A DNA stretch of 64,000 nt, taken from NCBI GenBank assembly GCA_047967505.1, contig CM106538.1; one strand, given 5' to 3'. Made by a program: the position numbers and the translations under genes. The notes under the pieces are model-generated. The model saw nothing but the letters and a program-made list of their open reading frames with translations, made no database searches and was not told where the DNA came from. This document shows positions 12,400-26,600 of the stretch, piece after piece; positions within the stretch are counted from its first letter, which is position 1; each line of letters begins with the position of its first letter. The stretch comes from Dipteris shenzhenensis. Taxonomy: Eukaryota.

Positions 12400-12640
12400 C
12401 CAGTGGGCTCTTTGTTGTTGCCACGCATGTTACTTCCTTGGCTTGTCCTACATGGTCGCATTTGAGATAGACTATGTTGCAGTGGACTCTTTGTTGTTGC
12501 GATGCATATTACTTCCTTGGCTTGTCCTACATGGTCGCATTTGAGATAAACTATGTTGCAGTGGACTCTTTGTTGTTGCCATGCATATTACTTCCTTGGC
12601 TTGTCCTACATGGTCGCATCTGAGAGAGACTATATTGCAT
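12400..12640. repeat. ~79-bp tandem repeat, 3 copies
   Basis: cagtgg(g/a)ctctttgttgttgc...ttacttccttggcttgtcctacatggtcgcat at about 12401, 12480 and 12559. Confidence 0.9.
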
Positions 12641-12882
12641 CTTCTCCAGACCTATCATATTTGCTCATGATCTTTTTCTAAGATTGGTAGCAATTCATTG
12701 TGTTCGTTTTTTCAAGATTTTGACATTTTTGGTTGTTTGGGAGATATGCCTCTACACTACATTATAATTAGTTCTTTTATTAGTGTCATTATTGGGCTCT
12801 ATGGTCATTATCTCAAGCTCATGACATTCGGCTATATCGGCATTCGTCAATGTCTGTTTATGCTTTCTTTTGTTCTCCCTTA

Positions 12883-13031
12883 AACAGTCTCTCTAAGATA
12901 CGTGCTTTCTTCGAGAGTTTCCTATAGCCCAATTGGAAGTGCTTTCTACTCCCTTGCAACAGTCTCTCTAAGATAGGTGCTTTCTTCGAGAGTTTCCTCT
13001 AGCCCAACTGGAAGTGTTTTCTACTCCCTTG
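12883..13031. repeat. ~75-bp tandem duplication
   Basis: aacagtctctctaagata...ttctactcccttg occurs twice. Confidence 0.9.
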
Positions 13032-13349
13032 TAGGGTGGTTATGAATATATATTTCTTTTATGATGCAATAATACTTCTCATTTTAAAAGAAGAATGTTG
13101 TAAGAATGAACACACACACACATGCGCGCGCGTGTTTGTTTTTCCAATCATGCAATACTTTCGCTTGCTTGAACTAAGGTCTCCCTTGTCAAAAAACACA
13201 CTTTATATGTATAAAAATTTACTTGGGAATCAAAAGTGAATCTTTTTATGTGCAGTACACTCTAAAAAAACTGCCTTATTTTAGATGCACATGGTACAAA
13301 AATACAAGTGAAACTATTTGGTTAGTCCAACCACCAATGTTGATATATA

Positions 13350-16040
13350 CATTCTTAAGCATCCCTTTGGGTGTCATTGGATATTGATCTACTATTCTTA
13401 ATAACTTAGGGTGAGGTTTTCAACTCCTGCATCCAAGGTTGCTTCATCAATTCCTTCAAAATGATAAATCTAATCCACAAGTAATGACTACATTCCTAAC
13501 GGCGGTGTTTTCTTTTTTTGCACTATAATCATAGATATGATATCATCTGCTAGTAATCTCGCAATAACATGTATAATCATCACTTGACTATTTTCCATGG
13601 CATTTTCTTGATGAAGTTGCTAGTTGAAGAATCTTGGATAGTGGGTTCTCTTTACTCAAAGTAAATCAGTAGTTCTTTAATTATTCTCTTATAGCTCATA
13701 CTTGGTCATTGCTCGCTTTGGTTTATCAATTTCCCCTTTATTCTACCTTGCTTCTTAGGATTGGACCCTCTTATATTCCACTCCCCTCACACTTGGGAGT
13801 CTTGTGGTGGTTCTATTTCTTGATCAGCACTTGATTTGGAGCTGAAAATTGAGTATTTATTCCTTTGGCAAGATTTAGGTCTGCTAGGGTAAGATTCCAT
13901 GTTTTGGCTCTACCGTCCAACTCCTTCATAATTTTTACCACATCATCCTTTTTCTTGATACATCACCAAACAAATTAAGATCATTATTTGCATAACACCC
14001 TAGTCGTTGAATCATATGAATCTTATTCTTTTGCTCTTTAATAATATTCAAACGAACAATGTCCTTAAATGTCCTACTACACTATGACAACCTCATGCTC
14101 CATAACTTATAACACTATTGTCTACATAACTTCTTGCTTTATCTTGAGTTATTTTAATGCTATTATTATATAGTTCAAGCATTTGATCCATATCTTTGAG
14201 AGAATTGCTAGTTGCGCAAACTTATTGCAATTGGTGCTTGCTTGAACTCCATACGTAACCATGAAGGATTAAAGCCTATTTGCAAATAGTTTAGCATTGT
14301 TATATGCAATTTTTAATATGGTTCACATTAGTTTCCTATTTGCTTACATATGCTCTTAGCATATCTTCTATGACTTGATTGGTTGGAGAACTTGACCATC
14401 ACTATGTGGATGCTCCGTAGGACTCACATTTAGACTCATCTCCAATATCTAAAAAGTGGCCCTCAAAAAGTGATGGTTAAATTTGCTTAATCTCTACTTT
14501 GGTTGAAGTAAAGTGGCTCATCTTGGACAAGCTTTCACAATTACTCACATACAGTCTTGCCCCCTTTGCATCCTAGCTAATCCCATACCATAGAGATACT
14601 CTCCCATTTGCAAGATGAAATCTCTAAAGGATATAATAACACACCTACCTTAAGGCATTTAGCTTTATCTTCCTGGCATTTTTGGAAAGTTATTGCATAG
14701 TCTTAGATGTCCTTATTCATAGATCAATAAAAATACATTTTCAGAACTGCATAAGAGTTCTTAATTCTTGCATATTTAGCACTTAGAATATAGTGGCATT
14801 CATAACCGAGTTCATGATTAATGTCATTGCCATGCAAGATACATATTAGACCCTTGTAGAACAAGTAGCCATCCTTCTTGTCAACCTTTGATGTGCCATT
14901 ATTTCCACATGAATCTTCAATGAAAGCCATTTGATTAATTGATCCCCTCTCTTTGATTGCTTTTCATATTTCAAAATACGGAGCACCATGCCCAAATTTT
15001 TCTTTTAATGACTCTAGACCCATTAGCTACTTTATTAAATTTCCATCTCCAATTCCTAGTTGTAAGTCTAATTCTTATGTTAACTCAATCCATCAAGATT
15101 TTCTTCCCTTAAGGTTTGGTTGATTACAAATCAATTTCATACTTTCTTGATGAAATACGATTTTGAATTTGGCACCATATAAATAATGCCTCCACTTTTT
15201 TAAACATAGACTATAGCATATAACTCCTCCTTATATACATAACAATTTTATCATGGAGGGTCTAATTTTTTACTCTAATAAACAAGTGGTTGACCACTAT
15301 AAAATCATCATAGTTGTTGTAAAGTTACTTAGCAACACTAGGGTTCAAGGTACAACCACTTCAAGCTTTTAAATTCTTTCTTTGGGCATCTTTCCAAATG
15401 AAGTTCTTCCGCTTCCTTCTAGTCTAATCCATTATCATAGTTTAGTGTAGTCCTTAATAAATCGAGGATAGACCCTTGATAAACCTAAGAACACTTGCAA
15501 TTTCTGTAAGTTAGTAGGATCTGGGCATTCTCCTTGGGTGACTTGACTTTTATCATTGGCATAGATTCGATCTTGGGTTATAATACGTCCCAAATTTCTT
15601 ACTTCGTTTGCAAATAGTTCACACTTCGACTCCTTTGCAAAAATAGAGTGTTCTCTTAGCACTTGGTTTCAATATTAAAGATGTTGCCTTCTAGTTTTAG
15701 TGGAGTAGGACATCACCCCCAAATACTATTGCAAATTTTCCTAGATAAGACTTTCTTCATCGAACATAGCTAGAGTGCTACAGGTAAACAAAATGGCATT
15801 ACTTTAAACTCTGGATGGCATTTCGATTTCTAAAAGCTACCTTGGGCACATCCTTTCCCCTAATGCATACTTGAAGATATGTCAGCGATAACAAAATTTA
15901 GTAAAATGGTTTGCTCTTTGCAACTCCTAATCAATGTGAGGCATTGGGCATTTATACTTTATTATGGTTTTACTTAATACCTTATAATCTATGGATAGGC
16001 TCATAGTACCATCCTCTTTCTCTACACACACATAGAGTCC
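13350..16040 (-). mobile_element. Degraded Ty3/gypsy pol (RT, RNase H, integrase, possible chromodomain)
   Basis: Minus-strand fragments DGTM...IDY, AKESKCEL...LGRII, LQVFLGL...RFIKDY, DGYLFYKGLICI...ECH, in RT-RH-INT order; many stops. Probably continues at about 19400-19760 (protease region). Confidence 0.75.
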
Positions 16041-16049
16041 TATCTCTTC

Positions 16050-19000
16050 ACGCAGTTCCATCTCTCTTGTTTAGTGACACATCCTCCTTGTTTAGTGACA
16101 CATCCATTAGTGTGCATATATTATCCTCCTCTCCAATCTTTTGTTTTACCTCTCTCTCTCTCTCTCTCCCTCTGTCCCTCCCTCTCAGATCCGGAGGTGT
16201 GGCTGTCCTCTTCAAATCACATCTGAGGCCACTCCTCTTTATGATATGTAGGGAGGAGCATGCACAACACATGTGGATTCGAGTCCAGTTACCAGACACA
16301 CTGCCCACCTTCATTGGAGTATGTTACTTTTCCCTAAACACATCATGCTATGCGCGAGAGGTCACCACTAACGGGCACATCCCAGATGAGACTATTCATG
16401 ATGATATCACGAAGTTTTCCAGACATGGGGACACTCTCCTCCTTGGTGACTTCAATTATATAGCAGTCTTTGAAGATGGCCATCATCTGGCGGACTCACC
16501 TGTTTCCCACATGGAGGGGGGAGTAGTACGGTAGACTACCGGCTGGGTTCACTAGCACTGACCCCACGGATACATGATTTTATTGTGCTGCCTCCTCCAC
16601 TCAGAGATGACCACTCATATCTCACTTTCTATATATGGGTCACCACGTCAGCTATGAGGAGGGCCCCCCCACCACCCACTCATGTTTAGATCTATTTTGA
16701 CCATGCTCTTGACCCAGTGTATGTGAGCCACTTGGTTTCTGAGCTTCTAGTACTACTTGGCGATAGGATGGACCTCGCACATGCATCACACTCTTCTATC
16801 GATGATACAGGATGTTGCAGCCAGATCCTTTCCCATGACACGATCTGCACGTGTTCCAGATGGGGGAATGCCCCAAAATCCATGGTTTGATTATGAGCGC
16901 AGAGAGAAGAGAGCCCACCTTACATGTGAGATAGCACTAGGACATTTGAGTTCACCAGAGGTGCAACGGATCTCATGCTGACTGACATGGCATAGAAGTG
17001 GGCTTTCCTCATGTATAGGATGGATGAGGTGATCAGTTTCTTTCATGGAGGAGATCGAACTATGGGATGGGGACTCTTATCAGAAGGGAAGTCACCCATT
17101 CCCTTCATAGATCCCACAGTCTGGCACACATATGCTTGCTCTCTATATGATGTCCCAGGTCAGGCACCACTTGATATGTCCTCTATGCTTAGACCCACCA
17201 CATGTCATTTGTTTACTTTGTACAATGTACGAGTTGCCCTTCTCCGGCTTCATAACCAACGATCACTAGATCATAGGGATTATGCACTGAGAATTTTGCA
17301 CATGGGCAAGAGATCCCGACCCCGATATTAGCACAGTTGTTGAACTATGCCATATGCAATGGCTTCCCACTTACCTGGAGCACCACCACCATAGTACCGA
17401 TACACAAGGTAGGTGATCCTACCTTGTGTATCGGAACTACCGTACTCTTATGATTGGCCACACTTTGGCTAAGATATATGGGTCGGTACTAGAGAGGGAG
17501 ATCAACAGCCACACAGAGGGTTGCGAACAGCGGGCACTTGGTTAGGCAGGATTTCGGAGACAACACTCCACCTTGGATCACATTTTTATCCTCAGGGCTA
17601 TTATTGAGGAGGCGAAGTTGAGGCATCAAAAAGTCTACACTTGCTTCATAGATTTTTGTAAGGCATTTGACACTATCCCATGCTCTCGCCTGATCAGAAG
17701 GTTACAGGAGCTACAGCTCCCAGATATCATGATTTGGGGGGTCATGTGTCTATATGAGTCTGTCAGAGGGAGGATACATGCCCCAGGAGGCTTATCAAAC
17801 TGGATTGAGAGCACCATTAGAGTAAAGCAAGGCTACCCCTATCACCAACTCTCTTCGGGCTCTATATCGACGAGATCACTTGTTTTGTCGATCGACTAGG
17901 TGGAGAGGGTTTGCTTTGGTTGACCAGATGGTAGAGATATTGATGTATGCCTATGACACAGTCCTCATATCATCCTTAGTAGAGGGGCTGCAGAAACATC
18001 TAGAGGCTCTAGAGATGTTCTATAGGGAGAGAGACTTGACAGTTAACCTTGGGAAGACCAAGGTTATGATCTTCAACACCTTGCAGTGTCCTGTCACCAT
18101 AGTTTCACATACCGTGGCGAGCCTGTGGAGATAGTGTAGTCCTACACATATTTGGGGATAGTGTTCACTGGACCATGTTTCACGATGATCCATGCGGGTA
18201 TGGCATGGCTCACATGAGGAAGGGGTGCTCTAGCCCGTGACTAGAGAGGCGATGCTTCCAGGCACACTTCTAGGACCCCCGACAAAGGGCTGGCTCTTTG
18301 ACACATTGGTGAGACCGACTGTCATGTACGCAGCACGTTTTTGGGAGAGTGATATTTCAGCGCAACGGAGTGGAAGAGATTGAGAGACTACAGGTGACCA
18401 TGGGATCCACGATGATTTGGAGTAAACCCTAAGTCCCCCATCAGATTATACAGGTAGAGTTCACCATGACCCCTCTCCAGGTTGATTCCATCTTTCAAAC
18501 AGTGGCGTTTCTCCATTGAGTTTGGGCATTACCCAAGTGCAGACTACTGAGGTTAGCATTAGAGTCCCCCAGGCGAATAGCAGAGAGTAGTGTTGATACG
18601 GCATGGTACGCATGGATATCCACATGGTTTGGTAGTCAGGGCATTCAGATGGACAGACTTCCCCCCTTTCAGTACAATGTGGATGCACCACCTGAGATCA
18701 TCCCACGAGATGAGATTAACCGTATCATATGGTTGGACCTCTGAGGATTTCAAAGCACGGTCTTGTCATCAGACCTCAGTATCTTGAGGACATGCGAGTT
18801 TCACATGCACTGAGGATCGCCATTAGTCAGTTACGAGTCTCATCACATCAGCTGGCGGATTGAGGCAGGGAGAGCTGCAGGCATACCTAGAGAACAGAGG
18901 ACTTGCACACTATGCCAGATGGGGGAGATTGAGATGGAGGAGCATTTTCTATGTGTCTGCCCAGTCTACTATGAAATTCGAAGATGATATCATTGTCTCT

Positions 19001-19200
19001 TTCAGGAGGAACATGGATTTGTCCCACTCGCACGGTTGATACATTTTCACGACCAGGTCTGTGTTGGGCTCTACCTGCTTGAGATGCACCGACAGAGAGA
19101 CATAATGATGCGACAGACCAGAGAGCTATGGACTAATGCCAATGATCACCATCGACAGATCATAGACTTTTATTAAAGACTTCTATGCATCTGAGTCAGC
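16050..19200 (+). mobile_element. Degraded non-LTR retrotransposon ORF2 (APE, RT, C-terminal CCHC), RTEX-like
   Basis: GGVAVLFK, GVCYF, LLLGDFN (endonuclease); AGFR...STLDHIFILR, FIDFCKAFD, VKQG, LMYAYD, LTVNLGKTKVM (RT); CTLC...EEHFLCVCPVYYEIR near 18900-18985. Confidence 0.85.
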
Positions 19201-19948
19201 TGCCAGTGTAGCCGAGGGAGAGGAGCTTGATGAGATGAGAGAATCGTGGATCAGTAGTAGGAGTGTCCATCACGATGTGGCCAGAAAAGGGACACACACT
19301 CCACATGCAACATGGAGAGAGCTTAGAGTATGCACGATCGAGGTGGTCTATCTCATTCCTCCTCTGTTACGAGTCATATGAGACACTGCCCTTGTTCTAC
19401 TGAGAAGTGGTAAGACCCTCTTCATATTTGATTTATTTGAAGGAATATGGGATGCATGTGATCATAAAGTTGAAGTTAACTTGCTGGAGGCTACTCTTTT
19501 GGTAGCATACTTCACTAAGAAAGGAGCAGTAAAACAAAGGAGCTATACCAATAATAATATGCTTGTGCTCTCAGAAACTATGAAGAACAGGATGAAAGAA
19601 CTAGACCAAGATACTACAAATACCTCTACGGATGAGGAATCGATTGAGGAGACTTTCATCCAGGAGGGCATTGGCCCTAAACTCTTAGATTAGGATTGTG
19701 TGTTTGGAGTCAATAAGGTGCTCTGCCATGGATAGTCCATCCTAAAATGACATGTTTTTCCTTTAATTCAGTTGAGTGTGCTTGTTGTCCATGTACTTGG
19801 TAGTTTTAGAGACACCACCCATTGTAAACCAAGAATCCTAGGAGTGAGTCATAGGTTGGGGCCATGTGTGTTGCCACATGATGGTGGGCAAGCCATGGAG
19901 CATCCCATGTACTACTGTCGAGGGATGAGGTCATCAATTTGTGGGGGG

Positions 19949-20227
19949 TGTTAGAACAAATTGATATTTTGGGCATAGCATATGGTATAGACATTATTGA
20001 CTATAGGACAATGTGTGAAGTTGTGTGAGCACCTCAGTAGGTGAGTCTATTGACTTGGTAGTTAGGTATGTGAAGTTGGTGTGATGTGTGGGATTGGAGT
20101 GATCATAGGAGATAGTTGATTGAGCTAATTATGGAGATGATTATGGTTTTGAGATCTACCAACATGGAGGCAGTTGCCTATATATGTAACCACTCATGAA
20201 TAAAGTGTTGTTCAGTGTGCCTCAACA
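19949..20227 (+). mobile_element. 3' LTR preceded by a polypurine tract
   Basis: gtgggggg then TGTTAG...CTCAACA; TATA-like ctatatat at about 20178 and aataaa at about 20199. Confidence 0.6.
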
Positions 20228-20493
20228 TTTTCCTCATTATCTACACTGTTCCCACATTTGCTGGCAATCACCTACATATTAAAACTTTAGTTTTCTCTTT
20301 TGAATCCATGTCTATTTCCACTTCCACATTGTCTTCATCTCATTATGGAAAGGGGTTATGTTAAGTCTTCCACACACACGTGCATGCTTGTGCATGCACA
20401 TGCATGCATGTATGCAAAGAAGTCATGTCAACAATATAACATAATCATAATTATGCTAACGTATCATGATTATCGGTACACTAATTGTACAAC

Positions 20494-20850
20494 TTAGAAT
20501 ACCTGTAAGACCTTGTGCCAATCATGGGACTTGAGCCCACTAAGCTTATTGTCCTTTGAAAATGCTCCTTTCAAGCAATGCATGTACCTTGTCAATGTTT
20601 GAAAAGAGGCAATGTCCGCCTTGACCACTGCCTCCTCTCTCGTAGAGAGGATCCACGTTGCTTTCGAGAGGATAACTTTTTCAGAAGCATGCACTTGGGG
20701 CCACAAATGAGACATCCTATTCATAGCACGCAAGTCTTCTCGCACTCCTCTCGAGTCTTTGGAACCAACCAAGTGTGCCCAAATAGTAGCCCCCACATTC
20801 TTGAAGAGCTACCTACAAAGATTGCTCCCAAACTCGAAAAAAAGGAAAGC
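20494..20850 (-). pseudogene. CACTA/En-Spm Tnp2-like transposase fragment
   Basis: ...ATWILS..EE...LSGLKSHDWHKVLQ, matching the GLKSHD(C/W)H motif of Tnp2 transposases. Confidence 0.75.
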
Positions 20851-20918
20851 AACACTGATCCTCTTACTAGGACACCGCGAACTTGGTTTGCTTTCTTGAG
20901 CTCCTTACCATGAACCGA

Positions 20919-21285
20919 GCTCTAATACCATGTGAAGAGAGTAGGAGAGAAGGAAGGAGTCTCACTTACAGCTTTCTCACATACACAATGGGGGAATATA
21001 CACAAAGGTGGAGGCTGAAAATAGTTTTCCTCTTCTTAGTTGTGAAAGCCAAAAAGAACTCTTTAGTACAAAAGAATAGGTGAACCCTATATGTGGGTCT
21101 CAAACCAAACTCAGCTAACTAAGGTAGCATACTAACTGAGCCACTAACTAGAGTACATAAAGATAGTTGTCATCCAGCTATTATTCATGGGCGGTGTACC
21201 AACCGCATTTGCAGCTAACAAGTCGGTGACATAAATGCACAACAATCACCCTGGCATATCACGAGTGGAGCTCAATATCTCAACA
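20919..21285 (-). mobile_element. 5' LTR plus PBS of a truncated LTR retrotransposon
   Basis: Minus strand TGTTGAG...CTTCACA (21285-20931) directly followed by tggtattagagc, a tRNA-iMet-like PBS. Confidence 0.7.
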
Positions 21286-21849
21286 TCATGCTACAAGGCA
21301 TTTGGGAAAAAAATAAAATAAACAATTTGACCTTGTCAACTGTAATCTCTTTTCATAGGGTGTGGGTGTGGTTCAATTGATGATTTTACTTTTTCTTAAA
21401 GAAGGGCATGATCCTCATTTCCCTACTCACAGATGCTCTTCCATGTAGTACAAACCTATTATCTCCAATCCTTTTGGTTGACATCCATCTAATTGGATAC
21501 TTCTTTGGCGATTCATGGTGTTGAACATCACCCTCAAATTTGGCACCACTTGGTTATATATAAAATACATAATATTCTCTCTCTATGTGTGTGTGTGTGT
21601 GTGTGTGTGTTTATATGTAAATATAAACACACACACACACACATTGTTATGGATAAATTTGACCAAGGTAAAAGGCATAAATATATGTGTGTGCTTGTAT
21701 GTGTGGCAATAGTATAATAAAATATCGCGTGCATAGGGCCCAAGGTTGAGGTGGCAGGGCATGACCATGTGCCACCCTTCCACGTAAGAGGACCCATAAG
21801 GTGTGTTGTACATAATCCATGGTAGTTATATTATAAAATGGTAAGGTGG

Positions 21850-22130
21850 CATGGTTCCTTCATGTGCCACCCCTCCACCTAGGCAGCCCCATGCCTAAAT
21901 ATGTAGGCTCTCATGGGGGGTCTTGCCATGTTTCGAAATGTTATTGCATGGTTCTGCATCCATGTTCTGGCTTCACCTTTCCAACAATAAGTCAAGATCT
22001 GCAACAATACCTCTGGCGTTTTGTTGTCCCCCTTCATTAAAGCTATGAACTCCATCTCTTCCACGAGCATGCCAGCATCTTCATAGGGTAGTCCCACGAA
22101 TCTAGGAAAGTCATGTGCCATCCCTGACTT
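21850..22130 (-). pseudogene. Retrotransposon gag-like fragment
   Basis: DFPRFVGLPYEDA...WKGEARTW resembles the gag F.G...ED...L.G.A..W pattern. Confidence 0.55.
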
Positions 22131-22794
22131 GCAGGTTCTCCCTCACCTAATTTCTTCTCCTATCACCATAATGCAAAGGATATCTCCTCGTTGAGGGCTC
22201 TGAAACCGTATATTTCATCAGTGTCTACAACATCCCATTCTCTCTAGACTACGCTATGATGGATACATTATATTCCTAAACACAATATAGGCCATCCTTC
22301 AAGATTATTTCTCATAAAGGCAAGTATAGATAACATCTGACAAGAGGATGAGCACTAAAGCTAGGAAGTGCTTATTTTGTAGGTCTCATCTTTGCTGCAA
22401 GATAGGAGCAGCCTTTCAAAACAAACCAATCTCCTATTGTATTCTTTGTTTTCAATCCTCTTCTCTATGAATATTGGCCATGACGTCTTTTAAATAGTTC
22501 TAGAGCTCAATCTTAGCTCTTCAACAAAAAAAGAGCTCCCAAGTCCAAGTTATGGATCAAAAGTTATTGTAAAAATAGTGACTACTACTTTTTCAGGGAG
22601 GTGCGACTAGTTTTTATTGTCTACATGCTCTTTACACTAGCCTATTACCACTAGGTCCACAATGAACAATCACTTTATATCTTCATGCAAATAAAATTCT
22701 AGTCCTAGCATACAAACATGAACTAACATGTTACAATAGTATCAGTTCTTCCTAGTTCCTACCACTAGTAGTTCAAAATTGGGGTCTGCCTATC

Positions 22795-23435
22795 ATTGTC
22801 CCCTTCTCTCATCCCTCATCCTCCATCCCCCTTCTCCCCATCCCTACCATATCCATTGTCCCCATCCTTCCAACTCCCTTCTCCCCATTCCCCATCCTCC
22901 TTCTCCCATCCCTCCTGCCCTTTTCTCCTCATCCCTCTTCTCCTCAACCCCTTTTTCTGCATCCTTCTCATCCCCCATGCCCCTTCTCCCCATCACTCAT
23001 CCTCCATTTCTCTTCTCCCCACTCCCCTCCATCTCCATTCTCCCCACTCCCCTAGTCCGTTCTCCCCTTCCCCCTTCTCCTCATCCTTCTTCTCCGAACC
23101 CCCCTTCTCCCTATTCCCCATCCCCATTCCTCACATCCCCCTTCTCCCCATCCCCCATCCCCCACCCCCCCTCCTCATCCCTCATCCCTCGTCGCACATC
23201 CCCTTCTTCCATCCCCATCCCCATCCCAATTCTTCGCATCCCTCCTTCCCCTTCTTCCCATTCCCCTTCTCTTCATCCCTCCCATACTTGCTTCCCTCTT
23301 CTCAGCATCCCCCCATCCCCCTTCTCCTCATCCCTCCTCTCCATCCCATTTGAATTCCACATCTCTCCATCTCTCGTATCTCCCCATCTCCCTTCTCCTC
23401 ATCCATATTATCCTCATCCCCCTTCTCCCTAGGTC
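22795..23435. repeat. Polypyrimidine low-complexity tract (CCCCTTCTCC/CCCCAT motifs)
   Basis: About 640 bp almost devoid of G on the + strand. Confidence 0.95.
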
Positions 23436-23479
23436 CTCTTTTTCTCATTAGAACTGTGTCTTTGTTTTAGTTACATATT

Positions 23480-26400
23480 TGCATGGCATCTAATGGGTCT
23501 TCTAATGGGATTGACTAGGGCACTAGGGCAAGTGGCCTGTGGAAGGGACTATTGATCCATGAAAGCATAAATTTTTAGTCTATAATTGAGTTAAAATGAT
23601 TCTTTTAAGCTCAATCCCCATGAGCAAGAGCACAAGAGGTAAGAGAGAATGTAGTCTCAATCTCATGCCACAACTAAGGCATCACAACCATCGAGCACTA
23701 GCATCCATCACTCCCGTCGTACGAGCACATCTCATTCACCCATGGCGTAGGTGCTACCTAGCACTCATGTGATGATGATGCCCCACATGATAATGATATT
23801 CCTATTTAGCATTCAATTAATGGTGATGGACTTATTCTGCATGTAAACAAGAATGCCGTACTCTCAAGAATGTGGCAACTATGCTATACAAAATTCAAAA
23901 AAGTCATGACAGACTATCAAGTCAAAAGTGAAAGAAAGGAAGAAGAATGTCCTCACTTTTGCACGATGAGTTTGCAATGCTTGATCATCTCACATTTGAC
24001 TTAGTTACCATAGATGGAAAAATTATAAGGAGGTAATTCAAAAGTTCACAAAAGAGTTGCATCTAGTCAAGCCTACTCATTGTCATAAGAATGAATGGAA
24101 GAAGGAGAGAGATCAAGTAAAGAAAACCCCCCACAATCACCAAAAACATCACAAAGATGTAAAAGTTTGCATAGAAAAGTTGAAGCAATCCCACTTTGGA
24201 TTAAGGGACAAAGCTAGATTTATGGCATACTTTGTAAGTGTATGTTTCCTTTTTTTCTTCTACATTATTCTCTATTTTCTTTCTCTTACATATCTATCCT
24301 TGTGGCTTACGATGTAATGTTTCATATGTACAAAAAATGTAATAGTCCAAGATTGCACCCCTATTCAATATAAGTATTTACATACAATAATGGTACAGTC
24401 GCTCTGCTCCAAAGGTTGGAGAGTGGAGGTGATCATTGTTGAGTATGGGCTAACCCCCTTGTGTGGCTCACCACCTTTCATCAAGGTAAGCCTCCAAATA
24501 GGCAACACCTCTTGTAACAAAATGGGAAAGCCTCAAAAACATCAAGTCATCTAAGCCTCTTGCAAAGAGCATTGTAGTCAATGGTGGATAGATAATATTC
24601 CGATTCAAAGGGAAATTTTACATTGAAATACCATTACCTACAACACCATTATGAGATATGGAAGAAAAAATATTCCAAATTTCAATGTAGGACTTAGATA
24701 TAGCTTTTACCTGAAGTGAGCATCTAGTCATGGAGTAGCTAAAGGAAAATCTTTGCACCTTTAGATTGAGGAAGGCAATGTGCTTACCAATAAGCAAAGT
24801 GATTTGTTGAATCTCACGGTATGTTCTATAATGGGAACATTGTTAATGAGTGATTGACCCTCATATGTGCTTTGCTTTTGGGTGTTTAAAAAGGCAACAC
24901 GGGCATGTAGCCTTTGTAATATGTCAATGCCTCAAGGACTAAGAAACCATGTAATTATATAAAATTTTATGTTATTAACTAACATGATTATGCAATTATG
25001 TTAGCAGTGGGGGGGAAATAACAATGTGTTTGGCAATGATCTGGTAATCGAGAATCATGCCACTGGCGGTATAAATGTACCATGAGTATAACTCTATAAA
25101 CTGATCATATAAAGTAGTAGACTTGTAGTATCTAGGCTTATATCACCGATATATTTTCTATATAGGCAGTGAGATCCCAATAGCATTTTCACCTATGGAG
25201 AGCTTACTTTGTGAGTTCCTCACATTGGTCTAGGGCTTCCATGTTAGCAATGGGGGGGAAATAACGATGTGTTTGGCAATGATCTAGTAATCAAGAATCA
25301 TCCCATTGGTATATATGCATATACTAGTGGTATAGATGTACAATCAGTATAACTCTATAAACTGATGATATAAAGTAGTAGACTTGTAGTATCTAGGCTT
25401 ATATCACTGGTATATTTTCTATATATTTTCACCTATGGAGAGCTTACTTTGTGAGTCCCTCACATTGGTCTAGGGATTCCATGATGGTGTGGATGCTATG
25501 TCCAGTTCTTGGTTTGGGTGGGGTGGGAAAGCATTGTTATGGAAATCTCTTAAAAGTTCATGAATATGTGTTTTAGCTAATTTAGTGGTGCAATTGTGCC
25601 ACCATTGCTTTGTCTAATCTTTAAATCGAGTGGGTACAAAAAGCATCGTGATTGCACTTCTAATACTATTTGTTCAAATAAGAAAAGCATGTTGCAACAT
25701 TACTTCTCTACCTTGTCTCTAGACAAATAGGAGAGAAATGTATTGTAGAAGCTATGCCTTTTAGAGAGTGGATGGATAGGTAAAGCAATGCTACCGTTTC
25801 TAAAGGATAGTGGATGCATGAATGCTTTGTGATAGGTGAACCCTACATTTTGTGACAACTCATCCATGTAAACTTAGATTACCTCAAAATCTAGAGGTAT
25901 AGTAGTCATATAATGAATATTCTATTGCACCCATATCTTGATTGATGATATGATAGGAGTTGCACAGTTTTCATCAGTCATGAGTAGATTCATAGTTGAT
26001 AGGAAATAATACATCATCAATTGCATGTAATTTCAGTGAGTGTACATTCTCTGTCTAAGCCTTTCATTGTGCTGTACAAATCCTCAGATTGGTTGGGGCA
26101 AAAGAAGTGTTGTGATGAAAATGTTGTGACGTTTGTGCTCTTTTTTTTCTTTGACCTTCAAAATGGAAGGGGTCATCATGGCTATCACTTTCCTTTCTAC
26201 TAGGAGAAAGAGGAAGTCTTAGGTTTGATGGCTCTTACTAAAATTCAAGCAAAAGGGGTTGGATATTCATCAAAGTTTATAGGTTTCCTCACACGGAATG
26301 ATAAATTACAACTTACATATATGAAATGAATTTATAATGGATAAGGACATGAATTCAAAAATTAATTCTTTCGCTATCACATTGTATCCCTACTAGATTA

Positions 26401-26600
26401 CCGATTAAGAGGATGCTTGATTTTGTCAAATATTGATAGAATGGTTGCCTCATTAGACATGCAATTTATTATAATTTATTAGATTTCTTCAAAGTTGTTT
26501 CTGCATTTTCAACACCTTCCATTGTCTCAAGATGCACAACACCACTTGTTAACATCATTTGTTTGTCATGATAATTTGCTGCATTTAATTGATTGTGTGC
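23480..26600. mobile_element. Possible highly degraded PIF/Harbinger element
   Basis: Plus-strand Myb/trihelix-like trace (W..CYTKFKKVMTDY, about 23870-23920) converges on a minus-strand DDE_Tnp_4-like trace (FCP...TMKG...AIDD..FPI, about 26000-26110). Motifs are weak. Confidence 0.35.
24998..25482. repeat. ~243-bp tandem duplication
   Basis: atgttagca.tgggggggaaataac...cacattggtctaggg.ttcc at about 24998 and 25241. Confidence 0.92.

Noticed and set aside
12400-12640. Regularly spaced repeats, superficially CRISPR-like
   Set aside because: Whole units repeat with no unique spacers; eukaryotic context and no cas genes.
22779-23432. Pro/Ser-rich ORFs resembling extensin
   Set aside because: They are a by-product of a C/T-rich tract open in several frames; no signal peptide or SPPPP periodicity.
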